Shown here: positions 1-10,759 of the stretch, in pieces
How positions within the stretch are numbered: the first letter of the stretch is position 1
How the letters are laid out: every line of letters begins with the position of its first letter
Assembly (NCBI GenBank): GCA_000934665.2
Contig: JYFJ02003814.1
Span: forward strand, 1-37,364
Direction: 5' to 3'
Length of the DNA: 37,364 nucleotides
DNA from: Catajapyx aquilonaris
Taxonomy: Eukaryota
Made by a program: the position numbers and the translations under genes
Notes under the pieces: model-generated
What the model was told of the DNA's origin: nothing
What the model saw: the letters and a program-made list of their open reading frames with translations, nothing else
The model's database searches: none

Positions 1-718
1 ACACCTAAGTTGCATATTTGCCCAATCGAAGCCATAACCTCCTTTGTAGTCCAAGGAAGTTGCCTTCCCCTTAGTGCACTACAACTGGTGCAATAAGTAT
101 ACCATGTCTGCTTCTGAAGATTGCCGACGAGGATTCGACCAATATTTCCGGGGACACTTCAATGGACGAATATGTGCCTTCCGCGTCACCTTCATCGTCA
201 GAGGATAATAATTCCGTGGGGAGGGGGAGAATACATTAGGTTAGTTAGAATGATCTAGGCCAATCTGCTGGTGTGATTGCTACCAGGTGAATAATAATAT
301 TATAAGTAGGCGTGTAGGCCTACCGTACCTGTGCCAGCCATGCCACGAGTTTGGACATGCTGTAGGCCTACATCACCATTCACCAATGCACCAATCTATG
401 CGCAGCAGACTTTCTCAGCAGCACCAATATATGTATTGAGCATTGAAAGGCCAGTATATACAGGCTTACTGCAAGAGAAGCTGCAGTATATACTGTATAT
501 ATGTTAGGCTCAAACCCCGAAAACGGCCATTGCGCGAAAAAACCGTCCATTCTGCAGAATGATCTGTGCCAAACCATCCATTCTGCAGAATGCTCATTGT
601 CCAACCAGCCATTATGCAGAATGGACGGTTTGACATGGAGCATTGTGCAGAATGGATGTTTTAAACAGTTTTGAAACGGCCAGAGCCCGAAATGCAGAAG
701 AGATGAAGCTGAAGCCAA

Positions 719-2472
719 CACTGACAAGGGAAGTGTCTGTAGGGCCATCGGCCAATCGGCCCGAAAATGACACTAGGGGTAAATCGCAGGCCAGAAATTC
801 ATTGGTGAAAGTAAAAAGTCGCATTAGCCAACCGTTTTCGAGCATCGGCAGAAGAAAAAAAAAGTAATGCACTTCCCAGCAAGCTGTTTATTTATTCCTG
901 TTGATTGCAAAAGGGAAGATATGCGGTGATAAACGGTGTTGGNTTCCCGCGGACGTGGATCTCTATACTGGTAGAGGCCCGCGCGCATGCTACCAGAGAG
1001 ATTGCGCGCGGTGACGTCAAAATGACGTAGGCTGGGTGTAGCCCGGCCCGGCCAGCTGCCCTCCCCCTCGCGCGGGATTGGTCGGCCGCGAAGGCAGGGG
1101 GAGGCCACCTTCCGCGCGATCGATACTATGCGCGCGTTTATATACTTGTAATAACAATCATTCATGGCTGATTTGGAGAGCGGCCGGTTGCATGCGCGCC
1201 CGAAACCGGCCCGCTCAAGCAATACCGGCTCAACCACCCAAGACTTGTTGAGCGCATGGAGAGCGCTGAAAAGGGGGTGACACCACAGTGTATTTTGTCC
1301 CCGCGGGTCGTAAACTTAACCCATGGGCAGTTGGCCCGGGGTCCATGCTAATATCATGTGTGTTGGGCTGTCAATAAATGAGTATACGTACAATGTGTTT
1401 ACCAATGGAATATCACGGCATGTGTTGATTGGTTTTTGAGTTACACTAGCACAGCATATATGTTGAAACACCTATTTTGTGGAAAGTAGCATACCAATAA
1501 ATACATGTTAAATACATGGATCAATTGCAGTCGTATTTTCAATACTTATGTATTTCGCTAAACGATATCTTGGCCCCGAAGTTTGGGAAGAGCCTTCCCC
1601 TTGGTGGGGGGTAGAGTGGATGGCTTGGGTTGCTGAAAAGGGGGTGGGCATTTCCATGATGCATATTCCATCCGTTCGTAACACACGTTTTGCCTACGTG
1701 CACAAGTGTATATTTTATTACAACAATGCCAGAATGCATGCACTGCATGCTTAATCCATTTCATGCAATGAGTGCGTATTGTTACAATAAAATACGCTAG
1801 TACATGTCGGCAAAACCTGCGTTACGAACGGACAGTATGTCTGTGTTTGCGTGGAAATGCCCGGGTCAAAGACTGCACCAACCAACACCTTCTTCAGTCT
1901 CATTTTGACCGACGCGACCTCTCATACCTCCCATGCAGAAGGCGAGAGTCTCTGAACCTTGGCCGACTCCGACTCTCATACATTGCTGGGTGGACTCGCG
2001 ATGCCTGATTGGCCCTCCCTGGCCATCCATGACGTCATCTGAGACGTCATGACCCAGCTACCGAAATCATATCGCGATACCACCACACTTGGAGAGCGCC
2101 GGAGAGCGCCAGGCCAGCCCGGGAACCTCCCACAAACCACCCCCTCAGGAGGGCTACGTCACCGCGCGCAATCTCTCTGGTAGCATGCGAGCGGGCTTCT
2201 ACCAGTATAGAGGTCTTGAACGCCGAGACTTCGGATCATGACGCGGACGCGCTACCGACTGAGCCACGAAGACTGTTTATAATTTCTTCTGCCGAATGGG
2301 CCCCATTGTCACCGAACAGGTTTGCCGGGCACCTATAGTCGCCCATATCTCGAAAACGCTTGGCTAATGCGACTTTTTACTTTCACCAATGAATTTCTGG
2401 CCTGCGATTTACCCCTAGTGTCATTTTCGGGCCGATTGGCCGATGGCCCTACAGACACTTCCCTTGTGAGTG
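719..2472. mobile_element. Non-autonomous TIR element with CACT termini nested in the Ginger element
   Basis: About 125 bp of near-perfect inverted repeat (719-843 vs 2349-2472), starting CACTGACAAGGGAAGTG. The TSD is not resolved and the superfamily (CMC/EnSpm or Transib) is uncertain. Confidence 0.75.
961..2212. mobile_element. Non-autonomous TIR element nested within the 719-2472 element
   Basis: ~57-bp TIRs CTCTATACTGGTAGAGGCCCGCGCGCATGCTACCAGAGAGATTGCGCGCGGTGACGT (961-1017), inverted at 2156-2212. No convincing coding content. Confidence 0.75.
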
Positions 2473-2494
2473 TTAAAGTGAAGCAACTGAGAAA

Positions 2495-3139
2495 GTGTCT
2501 GAAAAACCAGTGTACTGTGCGGTTTGTGAGAAAGAGTCTTCTGGTGCTCACAAGTGTTTTGTATGTGATCAATATGTTCACATTATCTGTGGAAAACGCA
2601 CAGAAGAAAATGAGGGGTTTGGACATAAAATCACTTGCAACCTGTGTTTAAGGAAAGAGAATATAAAAAGTAAGCGTCAAGGTGCAAGATTCAATCAGAA
2701 AAAACAAGCTGAGCAAATGATTTCTCTGTCCAACTCAAGGCTTTCCCCTGTCGACATAGGGAGAAACGTCGTGGTTAGGGTACCTGAAGTCGATCGAGGA
2801 CGTTTGGCTCCTAGGAATGTGTTAGCGGTTGTTGTCGACGTTAATGAATCTGGGCTCTACCAATTGGGCACGAAAGAAGGCATTTTAGAGAGGCTGTATG
2901 CTCGCAATGAGTTCACACCTGCTGATTCCAATTTTATAGATCTGAACGAAGTTCCTTCCACCAGTTCTGTATCTCTTCGATCGGCTTCAGCTCTAACAGT
3001 AAGTTCAGGTAGTAAGCAGGGATTCATAAGTTGCAGTTGCAAAAAGTACTGCACTGATAAGAAATGTAAATGTCGATCAAGCAATATTAAGTGCAATTCT
3101 AATTAGTGTCATCCGAACAGTGCCTGCAAAAACAAATAG
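2495..3139 (+). pseudogene. C-terminal half of a Ginger2 (KRBA2/SCAND3-like) transposase; integrase core missing
   Basis: Contains a CxxC-CxxC-HxxC-CxxC finger, VRVPEVDRGRLAPRNVLAVV, YQLGTKEGILERLYARNEF and a terminal Cys cluster QGFISCSCKKYCTDKKCKC..CNS[N*]CHPNSACKNK*. There is a premature TAG at 3104-3106. Confidence 0.85.
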
Positions 3140-3159
3140 ACTAATAATTGAAGGATAGG

Positions 3160-3345
3160 AGTTCCTGGAAGAAGATGTACGAGTAATAATGGTTATAAAT
3201 ATTTGGAGGTAGGCCTAACACAGTTCTTAGAAATGATGTACTAGTAATAATGGTATCAAATATTTGGAGGTAACACCGTTCTTGGAAATGATGTAGGCCT
3301 ACAAGTAATAATGGTAAATATTTGGAGGTAATAGTTCCTGGAAAA
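3160..3345. repeat. Degenerate ~60-bp tandem repeat (about 3 units) in the Ginger 3' UTR
   Basis: Recurrent AGTAATAATGGT...AAATATTTGGAGGTA...GTTC.TGGAAATGATGTA. Confidence 0.75.
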
Positions 3346-3883
3346 TAAACAGCATCATAAAATGTTAAGTATTTCAACCATTTGCCAAACAACAATCTAC
3401 ATGGCACAGTGAGAAACAGGAAACTGCCACAACGAGTTATGGGCGTCTTCTAAACCAGCCATCCGGACACGAAATTGGCGTCCTGACGTGTAAGTTTCGC
3501 CCGGGAAAGCGTTCTGGCCTTAAAAAGAGCATTTCGGGCTCTGGCCGTTTCATTAAACCGTCCATTCTGCAGAATGAATGGTTTGAGAAAGGAGCATTCT
3601 GCAGAATGGACGGTTTAAAAGTGTTTAAAACATCCATTCTGCAGAATGGATGGTTTGGCACAGATCATTCTGCAGAATGGACGGTTTTTTCGCGCAATGG
3701 CCGTTTTCGGGGTTTGAGCCTAACATATACAATCATGGAATTATTCATGTGCTGCAGTGTGATCATGCGATGATAATAATACGTTTTAATAATGGTTAAA
3801 AATAGGAAATGAGGGGAGTCATCTGCTGTACAAACACCACAGTGATTACCAAACAGTTTTTACCAAAATGTCTAAAGAGGACC

Positions 3884-3955
3884 CTCCCCGGCGGGGAATC
3901 GAACCCCGGTCTCCCGCGTGACAGGCGGGGATACTAACCACTATACTACCGAGGA
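3884..3955 (-). tRNA. trnD-GTC: tRNA-Asp (GTC)
   Basis: Reverse complement is TCCTCGGTAGTATAGTGGTTAGTATCCCCGCCTGTCACGCGGGAGACCGGGGTTCGATTCCCCGCCGGGGAG: 72 nt, full cloverleaf, A and B boxes, downstream TTTT Pol III terminator. Confidence 0.97.
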
Positions 3956-4089
3956 CTTCGGTGATAGATGATCACAATAAATGGGTGAAAGCAAATGTTA
4001 CGAGATATCTCTCTTTTTATACCTGTAACCGCCTGTAACCTACCAAGGAAAATCACCAAAAACATTCGCCACTCTACAAGATGTTACTG

Positions 4090-4461
4090 AATTCCTATCG
4101 TATAATCGTAGAGCTTGTAGAGGGTTAGAGTAGTACGAAAAATGAGAGAACGATCTGACGTCATCAAGGTTTCCATGGAAAACCCCTCACAGAACAATAT
4201 GAGTAAACAGTGTCAACAAAAAGCAACAATGGAAGAAACGATGACGTCAGATCGTTCTCTCGTTTTTCGCACATTAGGAAGCCATGTACGGAAATACGTC
4301 GTTACCGTGTTAAAGCTGATTATGTCTCAGGTTAGATTAGCCCTATCCTGAGACAGAATCAGCTTTAACACGGTAACGACGTATTTCCGTACAAGGCTTC
4401 CTAGATAAAAAGTGATCTACTCAGACCCCTCCACAAGCTCTGGTAGTTTCTGGTAGGAATT
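4090..4461. mobile_element. Cluster of small palindromic MITE-like elements
   Basis: Outer imperfect IR at 4090-4133 / 4417-4461 encloses one hairpin at 4135-4271 (GAGAGAACGATCTGACGTCATC arms) and a near-perfect ~129-bp hairpin at 4275-4403. Confidence 0.65.
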
Positions 4462-4476
4462 AGCTTACCCTCTGTA

Positions 4477-4592
4477 CAGTGCTGGACATATTAGTAGACA
4501 TCAGTAGGCCTAGTACCTAAATTGCCAAGCAACGCCAGCGCCGACTATGCCGAAAAATAAACATTTAGGGACTGCTAATGTGACCAGCACTG
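4477..4592. mobile_element. Tc1/mariner-type MITE
   Basis: TA|CAGTGCTGG...CCAGCACTG|TA. The same terminus occurs at 25244 and 25868. Confidence 0.65.
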
Positions 4593-4632
4593 TACACTGT
4601 ACAGGGTGTAACCTGAAACATAATCACTTTAA

Positions 4633-5143
4633 CCCTGGAACCGTGCCGTGGGGTCTTTTTGGACCCTAAAGGAATAAAAATGGATTAAAATGATGATTAC
4701 AATGAACTTTTGCAAAAAAAAATCAGTATATAACAGGAAGTGCATGTTTATTTTGAATTAGCGATCATTTTAGGCACAGTTCAAAGAATGATTGTATATA
4801 GTCAATACCTGGTCAATACATTGAAAAGTACACCCGCGAGCATAAAGATGGAGACGGCAGGCCCTCACCTTCGGCAGGCTGCTCTGCCAATCTCAGCAAT
4901 TACAGTATCAAATATACTGTCATAAATACATGAACACACGCCTGAAGCAGCTAACTCGGTCCAAAAAGAGTTCATTAATTTCAGTCGGATAAAGAAAGGT
5001 CAAAAAATGGCCTGTCGTCTCTATCTTTATGCTCGCGGGGGTACGTATTATACAAAAATTAATAAAAATTAAAATGTGGATGGGGTCCGAAAAGACCCCA
5101 CGGCACGGTTCCCGTAACTTTCAGGCACGGCACGGTTCCAGGG
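4633..5143. mobile_element. piggyBac-type MITE
   Basis: TTAA|CCCTGGAACCGTGCCGTG ... CACGGCACGGTTCCAGGG|TTAA, with an internal subterminal repeat near the right end. Confidence 0.85.
4831..5041. mobile_element. TA-flanked Tc1/mariner-type MITE nested in the piggyBac MITE
   Basis: TA|CACCCGCGAGCATAAAGATGGAGAC ... GTCTCTATCTTTATGCTCGCGGGGG|TA. Confidence 0.75.
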
Positions 5144-8100
5144 TTAATCAGTTTAATCAGTTTGTTGCGACAAGTTTTAACTCCTTAACGACGCATTTCC
5201 AGACACGGGTTCTTTGGCTTAAAAAAAAGATCTACTCTGACCCCTGAACAAGCTGATCTATAGGGGTATCCGATAGGAATTCATTAATACCCTGTAGATG
5301 ACAACAGGGGCTGACGATATACCAGTAACTTCCCGAATGACTGGCACCTAAATTATTGGTCTAGGGCTCTAGGCTCTAGTCTTATTTTTGATGTTACGGC
5401 TCATCCAGATGCTCATCTAGTATAATATTCTACATGTAGCAATTTTCTAGGCAGAGTTTTGTTTTCCTACACCGTATATTAATATTTGGTAGACTGATCA
5501 AAATGCAGTGCCGTCACAGTTGCATGTGACGTTGGGGCAATTTGACCATTCTCTTCACTCCGGCAGACAATGTTATCTGACCTTGCTTAAACAGCCCCCC
5601 CNTTTTTTTTTTTTGGACTCACACCCTTTTTTGGGCTTCACGATGTGTGGGTGTCCGGAGGAGCTGCTGATCCTGACATTTAAGTAACTTATTCAGCCGT
5701 GTTATATTGTGTTTGGGAGTCCCCGTTGCTGATGGTATTGTTGAACCGGGATTCAGGGTTCATGGTTGAGGGATTTGGGGGCAGGTTGAACGCACGTCAA
5801 GTGTGAGGTTCAGTGAAATTGTATCCTATTCGTCCCAGGGTTGTCTCATAATCAGGTATTCTTTATATTAGGGTGGAAATGTTGAACGCACTTTAAAGTG
5901 TGATGTTCAGGGAATTTGTGCAACCGAACCTCCCCATTATTGCATCGTGAAGTTTCTTTATTTTTGTAGTCCATTATTGTTGCAAAGTTAAATGAGTGAT
6001 GTATCATTGATTGTGACCAGGTATTATTTAGTTGATGTTTTGGATGCAACAGGGGAAAGGAAGGGGGATTACGAGCATATGCCATAGTGTGTTGAAAAAG
6101 CAGATGCAAGGTCAGGGATGTGTGTATTATGTTTTGTTGGGCATTAAATGGGGCAAATTGCCGCTATATGATCATTAAGTCAACTGTGCTTGATTTATCA
6201 CGAACCGATGGCCTGTAGGTTCCGTTTGGGCCTCCTCCTCTCCTTGACCTGTGACATGCAGTGTTACACTGAATTATTAAGTATGATTCTTTCTAGAAGA
6301 CAGGGTATAGCAGATTGAGTACCGGTATTGGTTGTCCTGAACTCGAGACATGAAGTATAAAAATCTGGAATGGTGAGCAGCACAGCCCCTTAAATCCTCA
6401 GAACTCGAAGATCAATAGCTATGCAGGGGAAGAAAAAAAAAAGCAAATCACAAAACTTCGTGTGTGACCAAGAAACTTGCCAGGTGTTTTTTTCTCCTTG
6501 GAAACGCGCATGTAGATTTTTAGACACGTTTTTTTTATAGGACACGGAAAAAATGACCATCACTTGCTGTATTTGGAATATCATGAGTTTACGAAAACCT
6601 GAGTAAACTGGATTTTAAAAACCTGGCAGGCAATTGAGTTCGGATTATGTAATACCTCAACACGGTGTGTCATGTTTAGCGCCCATTGACTTATCTGGAT
6701 GGTAATGGACTGATTTGATAATATTGAGTCAACACAGCTCATGCACAAATTGGTTGCAGTACATGTAATCCGGATGAACATAATACATTTATGTATGACG
6801 GGAATTTTCCTATGCAGTTTGTGCATATTAAATGGGTTCATTTTCCCCAATAGACCGACGGATGGAAAGGTTCATTTTAGCCACACACAGCACGATCGTT
6901 ACCTGAAATGCAGTAAGTTATACCCAGTACATTGTCAGTGACGTATTACCAAATCTAGAGCGGCAAATTTTAGGGGGCGGCAAAATAATGTCATGGAGAC
7001 GGAAAATATTATTGAGGAAAATTTTTTGACGCGTGTGAAAATATGTATAATACATGGCGTCACCGTTCATGTGTGCCGCCCCAAGATGAATTGCCCGATG
7101 CCCGAGTGGCGCCCTAACAATATATTGTGGACTGGAATGGTAGGCTACTATTCTCCGAAGCAAGTACGATGTACTTATCCTAATTAGCACATGAAGAACT
7201 GTGTCTATTATGGGCAACGTGGCCGTTGAATCATGCTATGGCAAGCATGAGGCGGCCTGGAACACCTGATTTGGTGTGAAAAGTGGTTATTTATAACCGG
7301 CCATCCAACTCCAAGGTTGACCTGTGTCAGGCGTCAGCTTTGGTGTCTCTACGTGCCTAATTTGGGTCGTAACATGGGGGACGAGATATCCACCCTTTTT
7401 GTGATTTGGGAATTTTGTCGCGGAAACAGGTTGTTACCCTCCTGTGTCGGAACGTGTCTGGTTCGGTTAGAACGTAGGAAGAGTTGCTTTGTTTCCAGAA
7501 ATAATTTGACCTGGGGGTCAGCACATTTTGTGCAGCCTGCAGGTCCCCCGAATCCGTTAATTGGATGAAAAAAATTGTTGAGGTAGTTTGGTGTAGCTGT
7601 ACCGAGAAGGGGCGCGGTTTAGTTACGTTTTTTTGTTAGTGAAATGCCCTTGAATTAATGCGTGGCATCATTGATTCGCGACAAGTCAGTGGTGGTCACT
7701 GTACTTTGTCCATTTTGGATATCGCATGATGTGGGACGTGGGAGTGCACTCCTTCAATGCGGGTACCGAGTCAGTCGCTGTTTGTTGAACTGACTGTTGC
7801 CGATGCGAGAATTGCATTACGTTGCCTGCAGGTGCTAAAGTCCGGTGATCGTGCCAGTTGAGTTCGGAACTAGAGGTATTATGTTGAGGGCGAATCAGGG
7901 CGAATTGACCACTTGTTGACCGAACCGATGATGACGTGTCGTCGGTTGCATAGGCTACTGTTGGCGTCGGTTGCTGGAGTGATCCAGTGCGAACACCGTT
8001 GTCGGAGATTCCGATGACGGATTGGCTGCATTGTTGAATGTATGCCGACTCATGACCTTGAATGACCTGAGCCAGCTAAAATTGTCGCTGCCCGCCTGGG

Positions 8101-8600
8101 ATACGAGTCATCTTCCCCTGTGTCACTAGTGTCAGTGAAATCCCGTATGGCGGTATGGGCGTGAGGAAGGTGGCCACTCTCTCTATGTGGTTTGGTTTGA
8201 TTTATTAACCCTGTAGCGCGCATTGTTGCATTAGGGCAACAATTAATTTGCGCAGGCGCCATAAGCTTCAACATTGGTCCTGGAAACCACAGTGTGGCTT
8301 GATGTCACAGTTAGTTTGTTAGCTTCCGCTAGATGACAAGCAATGTCGACAATGATACGATCAGGATATGGTATGAAGCGGAGTGAAGCCAAGGTCATTG
8401 AAAATGGCGCGAAATTTGAATTTGCTGAAGCAGCAATGCTTTCTGGAGCTGATTAGATATAGGTGCAGATATTAAATATCCAATTACATGTGTAACACTG
8501 CAAGAGTAGCTCTCTCGTCGCCATTTGAGGCCATTCTGATTTTGCCAGCACAATTTCATCACCATTTTTTGGCGGCGCAGGCACAATATTGCTTGAGGTT

Positions 8601-8960
8601 TGAGTCCTAAGTCATTGTACGTATTTTTATTCAAAAACGGAAACATCTACAGATATGACCATTACTACGTTTTTAAGGTCCGGCGATTACAATTTGGACT
8701 GGAATATAGATGGCCCCGAGATCTCAAGGGGAGCCGGTAAACGAAAGGGGATCGTGACCCCCCCACCCCGAGCTGCATGAGACAGTGGAATGGTGGGGGT
8801 TATGATCACCATTCGTTTTCTGGCCCCCTTTGCGATATATGGATGCCATCTATATATCAGGTCAAATTGTAATCGCCGGACCTTCAAAACTTACCAACGC
8901 TCATCTCTGTATGCGTTACCATTTTTGAATAAAAAAATACTCGCCATGACTTTTGACTCA
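8601..8960. mobile_element. Diverged ~360-bp palindromic MITE
   Basis: The arms pair along their length, e.g. AAGGTCCGGCGATTACAATTTG / CAAATTGTAATCGCCGGACCTT; ends are TGAGTC...GACTCA. Confidence 0.7.
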
Positions 8961-9204
8961 GCCGGTGTAACTTCAAAGTCATTGAGTCAGAGATGACCAA
9001 AACGTAATAAAAACCATCCTTACGTCGCATATGACGAGAAAAAGGTGTTAGAATTTTTCTTTCCACAATCCTAAATGTGTGCAGTACAGGATTAAGAAGA
9101 AGCCAAAGCAACTATGGTTATCTAGCTACCGTATAAGAAGACGCAATGGTGGGACAGATGGAGAGAGAACCAAAGAGGAAAGAGAAGAGAGGAAAAACTG
9201 GTAG

Positions 9205-9372
9205 GGTATCTCTATTAGTCAGTCAGTCTCCTATCCCAAAGACCTGTCCGACTTGGGTAGACCAGTAGACGAAGCTACCGCCGGCATAGCTCTTGGGGTT
9301 TCGGGAGAAAGGACCCCCCCCCCCTCCCCCCACCACCGCCACCACGATAAGGTGAAGATACCATCGAGGGGT
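9205..9372 (-). mobile_element. RTE/BovB-clade non-LTR retrotransposon 5' UTR fragment
   Basis: The minus strand reads CCCCTCGATGG..CACCTTATCGTGGTGG..GAGGGG..GAGCTATGCCGGCGGTAGC..ACCCAAGTCGGACAGGTC..GACTAA. This is the motif order I recognise from RTE-type 5' UTRs. Confidence 0.6.
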
Positions 9373-9741
9373 TCTGTAATTATGCTAGGTAACATACCAG
9401 TAAGTAGCACAGCACCGTACAGCACCATAGCAGTGCTTTTAAAATGGATAATGGTCAATATAATTTGGGTATAGAAATTGAATCAACCACTGTGTACTGT
9501 ACGAGTAATTCTCGAACGTATATAGTATTGTACTACGGTACTGTCTGACCGACTTGAAGACAGATTTCAGTCCTCGATTAGGTGTCATTTTCAAAAATAT
9601 GAGCTAAGAACTATGATAACGTGATGTTTAAATTAATCAGGTAGCCTACCGTACAAGTATATGATTAATGTCTCGTCGGAGTCACACTATGTCCCAAGCG
9701 TCATTGCAGATGCACCTATTTGCGATCTTCTGTCACCGAAG

Positions 9742-9813
9742 TCCTCGGTAGTATAGTGGTTAGTATCCCCGCCTGTCACGCGGGAGACCGGGGTTCGATT
9801 CCCCGCCGGGGAG
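9742..9813 (+). tRNA. trnD-GTC: tRNA-Asp (GTC)
   Basis: Identical 72-nt sequence to the 3884-3955 copy, with TTTT runs just downstream. Confidence 0.97.
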
Positions 9814-10457
9814 GCTCTGTTTTAGATTTTGGAATCACTGTGTTTGTGTCACAGTTGTGTACACCTGAATACCTGATATAGGCACAATTTTTTTTTTACT
9901 TTCCTTGTCTATGAGAGTAGGCTAATGTTGAAATCTGGTGTCCCATCTGGGGAACGTAAGAGGCAAATTCAACCACATTTGGACAAGTAAATTATGTGTG
10001 CGGATTTTGTACCCTTTCTTGAACTGCATTTTACTGAATCCATAAAATTAAAACGAGATTACATGGCAATTGGTTAACATGGCAACTGACAACTGTGGAA
10101 CCAATCCTTGATTGTTGTTGATTTTGTTACTCAATTACAACCCCTTCTTTGCACGGCCTGTTTCCATGGTAATGCAATCGACAACAATCAATCATTGGTG
10201 ATATTATGACACTATGGACACCTATGGATATTGCTGAATGTCATTGTTGCCATGGTAATGTACAGTTCTAATTAACAACTATTACCGCCAGACTAGGTTA
10301 CGTTTTCCTAGCACCTCATAATTATAGGGAACGGCCATTTACTCGCAAACAAGAATTCAAAAAAATGTTTTGTGTTTTGGAAACTAATATGAACGAATAA
10401 AAACAAAAAAAAGTTCAACAATTAACAAAAAAAAAATAATCCCGGCATATCTGGGCA

Positions 10458-10489
10458 TCTCTCTCTCGTCTCTCTCTCGTCTCTCTCTC

Positions 10490-10538
<49 letters not shown>
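10458..10538. repeat. (CT)n microsatellite
   Basis: Direct reading. Confidence 0.95.
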
Positions 10539-10543
<5 letters not shown>

Positions 10544-10759
10544 ATTTATTTCCATTCCTATACAATACTGTATTACAGCCTTTCGTTGGTTAGTCGGTGA
10601 CGCCTGTCTGACAATCTTCATTATGCTGAAAATGGACCTTTGCAAGTCACACACTAAGCAAGCTTCCGTTGTCCAGGAATCACATCCACATGGACTTGTT
10701 TAAAATATCATTGGAAACGGATCCCATGCTTAATGGAAGCTGCTGCTAATGCGTATTAG

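Larger units (their letters stand above)
502..3725 (+). mobile_element. Ginger2/TDD-type DNA transposon, internally deleted, carrying nested insertions
   Basis: Termini TGTTAGGCTCAAACC...GGTTTGAGCCTAACA form a ~90-bp perfect TIR followed by repeated CATTCTGCAGAATG palindromes. The 4-bp TSD is TATA (498-501, 3726-3729). The internal ORF resembles the KRBA2/SCAND3-type transposase C-terminus. Confidence 0.85.
4602..5294. mobile_element. Old mariner-like MITE (CAGGGT...ACCCTG) hosting the piggyBac MITE
   Basis: TA|CAGGGTG ... TACCCTG|TA. Only the short termini match. Confidence 0.4.

Noticed and set aside
8398..8425. E2F/CHR-like motif GGCGCGAAATTTGAA
   Set aside because: No associated gene is identifiable, and a short motif alone is insufficient.
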